A stretch of DNA of 64,000 nucleotides from positions 2,444 to 66,443 of the forward strand of contig CALVNR010000007.1 of the NCBI GenBank assembly GCA_944349905.1. Direction: 5' to 3'. Shown here piece by piece: positions 39,301 to 47,500 of the stretch (positions are counted from its first letter, which is position 1; every line of letters starts with the position of its first letter). Made by a program: the position numbers and the translations under genes. The notes beneath the pieces are model-generated. The model ran no database searches. It worked only from the letters and a program-made list of their open reading frames with translations, and was not told the origin of the DNA. The DNA comes from an uncultured Clostridia bacterium (lineage in GTDB: Bacteria > Bacillota > Clostridia > Christensenellales > UBA1242).

Positions 39301-39679
39301 TATCATCTCCAACTTTAGCAGGATTTTCCTCTAAATAATAAACTGTATTTTGATAATCAGAAAAAGTTTTATTGGTTGAGTTTCCATCGCTTGAAACTCC
39401 TGTTCCAACGTTTATAATTGCACCATTTGCATTACTATCACTTTCTATTGCAGTCCAACCTTCCAAAGAATTTGATTGCTCATAAGGAGAGCTTCCTTCT
39501 TCAAAAGATGGGTTGGCTATTTTGTCTTCTGTTACGTCTTTACTGTAAGAATAGCGATAAGCATAATCATCTGCATTTGAAAGATTTAATGAACTATATC
39601 CAAAGCATAAAGAAGCAGGCAACATTGCAAGCACTGCAAAAGGAATTAATTTAATTTTTTTTGATTTTCTTTTAGTCAT
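36350..39679 (-). CDS. large type I membrane surface protein with four CBM-like beta-sandwich modules, an acidic Thr/Asp stalk, a TM segment and a cytoplasmic coiled-coil tail
   Basis: Signal peptide (KKIKLIPFAVLAMLPASLCFG). Module 1 opens IANPSFEEG...LEGWT, as in CBM4/9-type domains. The four modules end VVFFDEIKMFQYS, CVIVDNIKVLNATYEEYSSA, WVYLDNLTVTDSNEKEFNSA and ALLTNIDLTSCTQEEYNAA. Then come the DDTTDDDTTTDDDTSADTT linker, the TM LLVGSIVMALAMIVAIIAFFL, and a ~170 aa K/E-rich tail. Confidence 0.6.
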   Translation of the reverse strand: MTKRKSKKIKLIPFAVLAMLPASLCFGYSSLNLSNADDYAYRYSYSKDVTEDKIANPSFEEGSSPYEQSNSLEGWTAIESDSNANGAIINVGTGVSSDGNSTNKTFSDYQNTVYYLEENPAKVGDDSGILMINSRTSKDKINQLANKGYRSDEITLDANSYYSFSVAVKTALNNDDSVNASIYLSGITDENGDVVEIGYENLNNSGWKSYEIYVATGDESQTVTLDFYLGSNKSEYSTGVVFFDEIKMFQYSANEFVDTINLKNYKADNYNDLNSKDTKFLVKDLLEENADIVDSSYNLNFEEESTTSSLNSLGTAWSKKESKNGEAQIMRLDTLPSNFKDKTGYDYVGMDLSYDILNNKANKQALVLYSKEDGYVSVQSKSIDIYPHQIYKITASVKVSSIENGSFTLGIQENENIYDYYPSLNNTSYPYTLQSGASSGITSNTTNDFTNNYQTVEFYVKGHSLYKTSFNIVLSLGNESSSAKGCVIVDNIKVLNATYEEYSSASNKVELKSYNTENTYNSYFNQTENSQNSYPVKASNFTTEIGNEKECTSGVINISNKELYDEMYKNDDYSWYGINPGNPNYSTQPNNVYMMFNNSETWQSLTSSEFTLAKNSYQKISFDLYTLSTNFNTPASINVQITDSNGIILFDQSNIKSESDWNKIEIILHTAETISSNINIKISFGNEENKVAGWVYLDNLTVTDSNEKEFNSAPYKNDFTDYFLSFESDKLTEDVHQSKTTSAYTFSIDEALDGNEVSENYAVGGLVLGKENVYGIENDLNLLVITSKKPSVSTLKSVYTLNLESDSYYKLTFDLKTFFNENLDEDKDYNYGASIGLDGFEIIKNLKANNKLTTFTIYLNSSEASTSNLMFSLTSDCSDTYGTALLTNIDLTSCTQEEYNAAKSNQFYGQTVFQSKYESASDDTTDDDTTTDDDTSADTTPETSPWLLVGSIVMALAMIVAIIAFFLRKIKFKKKDKLTQSKYDRKISIDTELIKNEAKRRKEEELNNLFNAKNSLIKEKENLEETHKIFVKEARLNDKGKITKEIEKEFKQYSANINKLEEKLNILEEQIEQVSSPEYLINLEKDIQQEEEYKIKLERKKNKDNKKED

Positions 39680-39799
39680 AATACACCTTTTTTATTGAAA
39701 GTTAAAATTGAATTAATAATACAATAATTCACTTAACTATTATAATATATTTATTGCCGATAATCAAATAATTTTTACAAAAATATTAATAATAAATTT

Positions 39800-40237
39800 A
39801 TGAAATATCTTAAAAAAAATAAAATTACTGCAAAAGAAGGTTTTAAATCAAACTATACCAAATATAACGATAGCAAAATTAACCATAAACAGTTGCTATT
39901 TTTACTTTTAGGTGGAGCCTTAATAGGACTTTTAAATGGTTTTTTTGGTGGGGGTGGTGGTATGGTTTGTGTGCCCATCTTACAAAAAATATTAAATCTA
40001 AACAACAAACAATCTCATGCAACGGCTATTGCAGTTATTTTTCCTTTGAGTTTTATCTCCGCTTGTGTGTATGTTTTAAATTGTAGTATTCAATCTTTAC
40101 CATTAATTACAATAGGGTTAGGTGTGGTTGTAGGTGGACTAGTAGGAGCATTTTTTTTAAAAATTATGCCATCAAAAATCGTCAGGTTAATTTTTGCTTT
40201 ATTAATGTTTGTAGGGGGAGTAAAACTTTTGATATGA
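39800..40237 (+). CDS. TauE/SafE (TSUP) family transporter, half-size subunit 1 (4 TM)
   Basis: LLGGALIGLLNGFFGGGGGMVCVPIL glycine-rich motif; four hydrophobic segments. Confidence 0.65.
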   Translation: MKYLKKNKITAKEGFKSNYTKYNDSKINHKQLLFLLLGGALIGLLNGFFGGGGGMVCVPILQKILNLNNKQSHATAIAVIFPLSFISACVYVLNCSIQSLPLITIGLGVVVGGLVGAFFLKIMPSKIVRLIFALLMFVGGVKLLI

Positions 40238-40617
40238 TTATATTTTTATATGTCTTATTTGGATTGATTGCAGGTATATTTGGTGGATTAGGAATGGGTG
40301 GTGGAACACTACTTATTCCTTTATTGACAATATTTTTAAATTTAGACCAAAAACTTGCACAAGGAATCAATTTAATTTCATTTTTAGTGATGGCTATATT
40401 TTCATTATGTATTCATTATAAAAATGGATTTCTAAAAACAGACGGGATTTTTTATATAATTATAAGTGGCATTTGTTTTTCTTTTTTAGGCTCTTTCTTG
40501 GTTGCTTATTTACCCTCAAAATTTTTGCGTATAGCTTTTGGGCTATTCTTATTGTTTTTAGCAATATTAGAGTTTTGCAAATTATTTAGAAGTAAAGAAA
40601 AAAATAATAAAAAATAA
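40234..40617 (+). CDS. TauE/SafE (TSUP) family transporter, half-size subunit 2 (4 TM)
   Basis: LIAGIFGGLGMGGGTLLIPLL motif; four hydrophobic segments. An ATGA overlap joins it to subunit 1. Confidence 0.65.
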   Translation: MIIFLYVLFGLIAGIFGGLGMGGGTLLIPLLTIFLNLDQKLAQGINLISFLVMAIFSLCIHYKNGFLKTDGIFYIIISGICFSFLGSFLVAYLPSKFLRIAFGLFLLFLAILEFCKLFRSKEKNNKK

Positions 40618-40700
40618 AAACAAATATTATAGCTATATTCAAAAATTTAGTTTACATTTGCAATAAAATATGTTAAAATAACAGCGAACGGAGGACTATA

Positions 40701-40868
40701 ATGGTTAATCAAAATAAATGTATTGGTTGTGGAACATGTGTAGCAATTTGCCCAGTTGGAGCAATCAGCTTTAATGAAAATGGTAAGGCAACCATAGATA
40801 AAAACAAGTGCATACATTGTGGTGCGTGCCAGGCCAGTTGTCCTGTTGAAGCAATAAACCTAGATTAA
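40701..40868 (+). CDS. 2x[4Fe-4S] ferredoxin, 55 aa; absent from the ORF track
   Basis: My translation is [55 protein letters not shown]. It has two CxxCxxCxxxCP motifs and the SD GGAGG. Confidence 0.85.
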   Translation: MVNQNKCIGCGTCVAICPVGAISFNENGKATIDKNKCIHCGACQASCPVEAINLD

Positions 40869-40879
40869 GTGAGGAAAAA

Positions 40880-42376
40880 GTGGAAAAGATAGCTATATTA
40901 GAATTAAACGAAAGCATGCTTAGAGTTTCTATTTATAAGGTAAGCAACGGCAGATTTCAAATGATTTTAGACAAAAATCAACCTTTTAGTTTGGGGAAAG
41001 AAATTGCTGAAGATCAACTTATAAGACCTAAAACAAAAAACGATATTCTTAATGTGATAAAAATTTATAGAAAATTAATTGAAAGTTACAAAGCAAGCAA
41101 GATTATTGCAGTGGCTTCCAAAGTTTTGTTGTCTGCAAGAAACTATAAAGGCTTTGTTGATGAAATATACAACAATACAGCAATGACAATGCAAATTTTA
41201 TCAGATGAAGAATTTATAAAAATTCTATACAATTCTGTTGTAAATTCAATTGACAATTCAAAAGGATTTTTTACTTATATAGGATATGATTTTTCTGGTA
41301 TTGTTAAATATAATAGAAGAACAATGCTTGGTAGTGAAATATTAAATGTTGGCACAAACAATATTTTAAAAGATGAAAATGGACAAAATAGAAGCATTGA
41401 ACAAATGTACGAAATTACTAAACAAGAATTTAACAAGTCAGAAATTTTGAAAGAAATTGATGATGAAAGTAATATTGTTGGTTGTGGTAATGCATTTTTG
41501 GCTTTTGGAAAAATTGCAAAAAAAATGGCAAGATATCCACTTGATATTGACAACTACTATGAAGTTGATAATGAAATAATGAATAAGACTTTTGATTTTA
41601 TCAAGGGTGTAGATGTTGAAAAAATCGGCAAAATTAAAGGGATTGATTTTGAAAACGCTGACAAAGTTTTAAGTGGAATCGCAATTGTAAAAGCATTCTA
41701 TCAAGTTAGTAAAGCAAAAACAGTTGCAATTTCTACGGCAAATTTAAGAAATGGTCTTATGAATTTGAACACAACAGTTTCAAATCAAGAAAAATTTTCT
41801 GACCTTTTATCTAATTCTCTTGACAATTTTTATGAATTTAATAAAGAAGAAAATTCAATAAACGAATATGTATATCAAATGGCTCTTATACTTTTTAAGC
41901 AATTAAAAGTTATGCACAAACTTCCTAGATTTTATGTTAAACCATTGCGTATTGCATCTTACATGTATGATTGTGGAAAACTTATAAATTATGATAATTT
42001 TGAAAAACATGGTTTTGATGTTATATTAAATTCTGGTATTTGTGGAGCAAGTCATAAAGAACTTCTTATTGCAAGTTTTATTTGTTTAAGTCAAAAATTG
42101 GATAATCTTTCTTTAAATGAATGGATTAGATATAAAGATATATTGACTGATGAAGACCTTGACGCTGTTCGTAAACTTGGTGTTATATTGAATCTTGCAA
42201 GAGCTTTAAACGCCTCAAGAAAGCCAATAATTACAGATATTGTATGTGATATTTTGGGCGATTCTATTATCGTTAAAACAGTAGTTGAAGGTGATGCTGA
42301 ATTTGAAATTATGGAAGGCATGAAAATTGCATCTGATTATAAAAAAGTGTTTAAAAAGAGCTTGCAAATTATTTAA
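40880..42376 (+). CDS. Ppx/GppA-family (ASKHA fold plus HD-like C-terminal domain) protein with degenerate phosphate-binding motifs
   Basis: Length and layout fit Ppx/GppA. The N-terminus reads AILELNESMLRV where DIGSNS is expected. The second motif reads YIGYDFSGIV where D-GGGS-E is expected. The C-terminal LRIASYMYDCGKLINYDNFEKHGFDVILNS...ASHKEL resembles the Ppx helical/HD region. It has a GTG start with a GAGG SD. Confidence 0.5.
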   Translation: MEKIAILELNESMLRVSIYKVSNGRFQMILDKNQPFSLGKEIAEDQLIRPKTKNDILNVIKIYRKLIESYKASKIIAVASKVLLSARNYKGFVDEIYNNTAMTMQILSDEEFIKILYNSVVNSIDNSKGFFTYIGYDFSGIVKYNRRTMLGSEILNVGTNNILKDENGQNRSIEQMYEITKQEFNKSEILKEIDDESNIVGCGNAFLAFGKIAKKMARYPLDIDNYYEVDNEIMNKTFDFIKGVDVEKIGKIKGIDFENADKVLSGIAIVKAFYQVSKAKTVAISTANLRNGLMNLNTTVSNQEKFSDLLSNSLDNFYEFNKEENSINEYVYQMALILFKQLKVMHKLPRFYVKPLRIASYMYDCGKLINYDNFEKHGFDVILNSGICGASHKELLIASFICLSQKLDNLSLNEWIRYKDILTDEDLDAVRKLGVILNLARALNASRKPIITDIVCDILGDSIIVKTVVEGDAEFEIMEGMKIASDYKKVFKKSLQII

Positions 42377-42388
42377 TTATTGGAGCAT

Positions 42389-43393
42389 ATGATGAAAAAT
42401 TATAAATTTGCTATTGAAATTGGTGGTGCTTATACCAAAATTTTTGTAAAAGATTTTGGAATTGTTTTGTGTGAGCCAACCTTTATCGCCGTTGAATCAA
42501 CAGCAGATGGTTATGAAATTATTGGCATGGGACAAAAAGCCAAAGATATGATGGGAAAAACTAGCGAAAATGTTGAAATTTTTAGCCCTATCGTAAATGG
42601 TCAAATAAACAATTATGCTTATTTAAAAGAATTGCTAATTTATTTCTTCAATAAACTTGAAACCAAAAGAAAAAGGGAAAACATTATAGTTTTAGTTAAT
42701 TGTGCTATAAATGATAAAGATAAAACTACTTTCAAAAATTTGTTAAACGAAGTAGGCTTTCGTGAAGTTGCATTAATTCCAACTGTAATTTGTTCTTGCA
42801 TAGGTGCAGGAAAAAACATAAGTTCAACAAAAACTAATATGGTTATAAATATTGGTGGAGCAAATACCGATATTGCAGTTATAAATATGAATTCTATAAT
42901 TAAAGGTGCAACTCTTGGTTTGGGTGGAAAAGCAGTTGATGTAGCTATCACAAATAGTATTGCTTATAATCACGGAATAGTGATTGGAATTGGGGCAAGT
43001 GAAAATTTAAAAATGGAAATTGGAAGCCTGTACGCAAATGATACTTTAAATATGGAAGTAACAGGCATAGATGTTGAAAGTAAAATGCCAAAATCATATA
43101 TTATCAATTCAAATGATTTGCTCCCAATACTAGAACCATTTTTTGATGAAATTGTTAGAAGTGCAGATGTTACCATAACTTCTTTGCCACCAGAGATTTC
43201 AACTGATATAATAAATAATGGTGTGATTTTTGTAGGAGGTATGAGCAATATTACAGGTCTTGACAATTATTTAAAACATCATTTTAGGTATCCATTTAAA
43301 ATTATGCCAGATAGCGAAAATGTTTCAATTAATGGTGCAGGTAAATTGCTTGATGACAATACTTTGTTAAATAAAATTATAGAAAATTTTTAA
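42389..43393 (+). CDS. MreB/Mbl-like actin homologue (divergent)
   Basis: FAIEIGGAYTKIFV (phosphate 1, with Glu where MreB has Asp), GIVLCEPTFIAV, VINIGGANTDIAVI (phosphate 2) and GVIFVGGMSNITGLDNYL (adenosine motif). No mreC or mreD follows. Confidence 0.65.
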   Translation: MMKNYKFAIEIGGAYTKIFVKDFGIVLCEPTFIAVESTADGYEIIGMGQKAKDMMGKTSENVEIFSPIVNGQINNYAYLKELLIYFFNKLETKRKRENIIVLVNCAINDKDKTTFKNLLNEVGFREVALIPTVICSCIGAGKNISSTKTNMVINIGGANTDIAVINMNSIIKGATLGLGGKAVDVAITNSIAYNHGIVIGIGASENLKMEIGSLYANDTLNMEVTGIDVESKMPKSYIINSNDLLPILEPFFDEIVRSADVTITSLPPEISTDIINNGVIFVGGMSNITGLDNYLKHHFRYPFKIMPDSENVSINGAGKLLDDNTLLNKIIENF

Positions 43394-43416
43394 AAACATG
43401 TGAAAACATGTTTTTT
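43393..43416 (+). terminator. intrinsic terminator
   Basis: AAAACATG (43393-43400), loop TGAAAA, CATGTTTT (43407-43414), then a T run. Confidence 0.65.
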
Positions 43417-43513
43417 ATTTTTAATTCATATTTTGACAAAAAAAACAATAAAAGTTTATTTATCTCCTTTGCTTAAAAAATTACTTTATATAAAATTGTA
43501 CTAGGAGAAAAAA

Positions 43514-44305
43514 ATGGCAAGAAAAATTGTTTTAACCAGTGGAAAAGGAGGGGTTGGAAAAACAACCATAACAGCAAACTTGGGTAAAAACTTGGCAAAA
43601 TTAGGGTTTCGAGTTGTGCTTTTAGATGTTGATATAGGCTTAAATAATTTAGATGTTGTTATGGGAATTGAAGACCAAGTTGTTTTTGATATAACAGATG
43701 TGATTATGGGGAAATGTAGAGCAAGACAGGCACTTGTTCAAGATAAAAAAATTTCATCTTTGTATGTTATGCCATCTATTCATGCTTATAACAAGGTTAA
43801 GATTTTGGGCGAGCATATTAAAAATGTCGTTGAACAATTAGATAGCAATTTTGACTATATATTAATTGATTGTCCTGCTGGGGTGGAGGCTGGTTTTCAT
43901 AGAGCTGTATTTCCTGCTAGTGAAGCTATTATTGTAGTAACTCCTCATATTTCATCAATTCGTGATGCTGACAAAGTAATTGGACTTTTAAATGATTATG
44001 AAATAAGTTTTAAAGGTCTAGTTATAAATAGAATGAGAGGAGATATGCTTTTAAATGGCGAGCTTATGGATGTAGAAAGTATTGTAAGAGCATTAAATAT
44101 ACCTTTAATTGGTATTATTCCAGAAGATGATGCTATTGGTTCTTCTTGTTCGCTAGGTGGTCAATGCAATTCTATTGAAAGTGCAAGAGCTTTCACATTG
44201 CTTAGTGAAAACATACATAATGGCTCAAAAAAGATTTTTGATTGTACTTATAAGTATAAAGGGTTGCTAGGGTATTTTAAAAGGGCTATAAAGAAACGAG
44301 TCTAG
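43514..44305 (+). CDS. minD: septum site-determining ATPase MinD
   Basis: IVLTSGKGGVGKTT deviant Walker A, DCPAG, and a C-terminal amphipathic helix (GLLGYFKRAIKK). Confidence 0.9.
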   Translation: MARKIVLTSGKGGVGKTTITANLGKNLAKLGFRVVLLDVDIGLNNLDVVMGIEDQVVFDITDVIMGKCRARQALVQDKKISSLYVMPSIHAYNKVKILGEHIKNVVEQLDSNFDYILIDCPAGVEAGFHRAVFPASEAIIVVTPHISSIRDADKVIGLLNDYEISFKGLVINRMRGDMLLNGELMDVESIVRALNIPLIGIIPEDDAIGSSCSLGGQCNSIESARAFTLLSENIHNGSKKIFDCTYKYKGLLGYFKRAIKKRV

Positions 44306-44314
44306 GGAGGTCTT

Positions 44315-44545
44315 ATGAAACATCAAATAGCAAATAGATTGGAATATATTTTAGACCAAGAAAAGATGTTTGACCCACAAAGAATATGTCAAATTTTAGA
44401 AAAAGAATTATCTCCAATAATTAGAAATTATTTAGAAATAGAAAGTCAAATCAAAGTAAGATATAAAAAATATGACAGCAAAAACATGTTTTTTGTTGAG
44501 TTTGTTGCTGATAGAATAAAACCAGTTGGCTATATACCTTATTAA
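44315..44545 (+). CDS. minE: MinE-like topological specificity factor (short; no obvious N-terminal membrane-targeting helix)
   Basis: It lies directly after minD. ANRLEYILDQEK...LEKELSPIIRNYLEIESQIKV parallels the MinE AKERLQ...eIl.Vi.kYv.id pattern. Confidence 0.55.
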   Translation: MKHQIANRLEYILDQEKMFDPQRICQILEKELSPIIRNYLEIESQIKVRYKKYDSKNMFFVEFVADRIKPVGYIPY

Positions 44546-44550
44546 TTTTT

Positions 44551-44584
44551 AAAAAAAACCGTATTTTAAATACGGTTTTTTTTA
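44551..44584. terminator. bidirectional terminator between minE and the convergent giant gene
   Basis: AAAAAAAACCGTAT...ATACGGTTTTTTTT. Confidence 0.8.
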
Positions 44585-44586
44585 TT

Positions 44587-47500
44587 TTACCAGTGAGAAT
44601 CTTCCCATGTTTGACCTTCTGGATGAGTATAACTGTTTGCAAAGTTGTCTACCTTTGTCATATCAAGTTTTTGTCCTATTTCAACAAGTCTTGTATCTGT
44701 TGTTGAAAGGTTCATCACAAGGGATTCAGTAAATGGCATATTCATAGCAAAATTTATTGTTCCTATATAATCTTTGTAGTTTGTTTCAGTATTATTAATT
44801 ATTCCTAAATCAATAGTCATTTTATCCATCATATCGTTGTAAGCAATTTCACGCAAGTTTAAAGTTAAGCCATAAACTTTGTTTGTTTCATCAGAATTTA
44901 CTCCAAGCAAAACATTTCCAAAATTAATAGGAGTTGGTCTATTTTGTGATTTTTCTATGGCTGCATAAATTTCGTCCATTATATAGCTTTTCATTCCTAA
45001 TCCCCAAGAAAGGATATAATGTAATGGATCACTCATGAATGTATCTAATGAAACTTTAATTTTCTTTTCGTGCGTTTTGAAAACTTTTTCAGTTCTATGC
45101 ATATATACGTAACCATTTGTATAGTAAACATATAACATTCTTTCGCGAGCCCCAGCTACATCATCATTTACAGCTGGGAATACTGGAATTTTACCAATTT
45201 TAGCATAAATAAGAGGGTTGTTTAAATCTTCAAGTGAAATTTCAATAGTGTATGGAACGTTCATATTTATACCAAGTATTGAAATATTTGCACTACCTTG
45301 AATTTTAAAGTTTCTTAGTTCTGTCATATTTATAGCACTTAACAACACATTTTTAAGTGGCGTTAAGTCCATAAAGTTTGTCATATCTTCAAATTGTTCA
45401 ACTCCATTAAATGTGAAGAAATCTACATTTAAATTAATATAAGAAGCTGCGTTGTTTCCAGTATACATATTTTTTATTAAAACATTTGAAATTTTATTTT
45501 CATTGAAAGTTACTGATATTTCAACCATGTTTCCATCTTCAATTCCAAACATTTTACTATTTAATGTTACAGCTAGTTGATTTTGGTTGCATGTAAAGTT
45601 TTCTACATAATTTATCATTTCAAAAACTTGGTTTATGTTAACATCAGGGGATTGAGCACTTGAAGCTAAGTCTCCTAAAATTTTGCCTATATCAAGTGTT
45701 TCTAGTATTTCTTCAACAGTCTGTTCAATGCCAAGCATTGGTAGAATTTTGTTTGCAATTTCAATAAGGGAAGTATATTCCATTTTAACTCTTAAATCAC
45801 TATAATCTACATAAACATAGTTGTCAAAAACACCAGCATTTACTTTGAAACCATTTTCAATATTTTGACTTATTGTTGCTCTTAAAGCATTTGTTGATGC
45901 TAAATCATATTGTGCCTGTGCTTGATAATTTGTTAAAACATTATCAACCACATTGTCAAGAGATAATTCTATATTTCCTTTGTTGCTTAATAAAGTATCC
46001 AAAACTGCTGTTACTTTTTCAGACAATGTAGCTAAGTCTTGATAATTTGCAACAACAGGTTCTGTGTTTGGTTTTTCATTAAGAAGGTTGATTGAGCCAT
46101 TCAAATCATCCATAGAAATTGTTATATTATCTACAAAATCATTTTTAAAGTTTATAGATGCATTTATGTTGTCGTAATTGATAGATATAATATCTTTTGA
46201 AAATTCTGTGATTTTCAATTTTGTTAACATACTTAAATTAATATTTGATGTTGAGTTTTCAAATTGAGACAAGATATTTTCAATTTCTGCCTGCAAGTCA
46301 ATTCCTAAGAATTTTGTAACTGTTTCAGCAAGTTCTTTTAAACTTTCAATAGAAGCTTTAATAGCTATCTTTTGATTTGTTATATAAAGGTCAAAATTAA
46401 AGTTTTCATCAGCAATTATAGCTATATCAAAAGTGTTTGAATTGTAAGTTAAAGTTGCTTTTACTTCAAGATTGTTTTGATAACTTACATAAGCTTTGGC
46501 AATCAAATCTTGATATTTAACATTTATTTCAGCAAAATATTCTTTTGAATTTATATAATCAATTATATTTGAGGCAAGGTTTAATAAGTTTTGTTCTGTT
46601 ACAAAATTGCTATCATCTATTACAGGAGTTTCAATTACTTCTTCACTACCATTTAAAGTGCCAATAAATTGCAAATCCAAGCAATCTATTCTCAAATTTA
46701 AAGATTTTTCTGTGTTAACTATATTTAAGTTTAAACCATTTGCAAGTGAAATAAATAATGCGTTTTCGTTTTTATTTAAACCTGTTATCAAAGATGGATA
46801 TTTTTCAATATTGAGTTGTTCTGACAGTTTTTCAATTATAGAACTTAACTCATCTGTATTTAAATTCAAATTAAAATTATTTTGCAAGAATGTGAGTATT
46901 TCATCTATATTTTCAAGTGAAACTTTTATTTTAATTTCACCATATTGAATATAAATTGTATTGTTTGTATAAATTAAATCAATTGTTTGTTCAAAGATTG
47001 TTATTGTAAAGAAGGCAACAATGTTGTTATTTTTAAATGATATTTTATATTCTCCACTAAGAGATAAGTCTTGATAACTTAATCCAAAAGTTCCATTAAT
47101 AGAATTGCTTGAAACAATATCTAAAACATTGTCAAATGTAGAAATTAATAAAGATAATTCCGCGTATTTATTTTCATTTAGTGCTGGAATTTCAACACTT
47201 TCAACACTTTCAAAAGAACATTTTACCGTTTCATTTTCAAAGCAAATTGATGACAAAGTATCTTCTTGGGTAAATATATTAAACGCACCGATATTTTTGA
47301 TTTGTAATGTGTAGATGTTGTTTTCTACTGAAAATTTTTCAATTATAGATAAATCAATATCTTTTAAATTGATTTCAGGTAAACTGATAAAATCAAAAAT
47401 TTGCATTATGTTTTTGCTGTCAATGCTATTTAAAATATTTTCAATCAATTCAACAGGTAATTCAATATTAAAATATTTAGTTATTAAATTTGCTAGGGTG

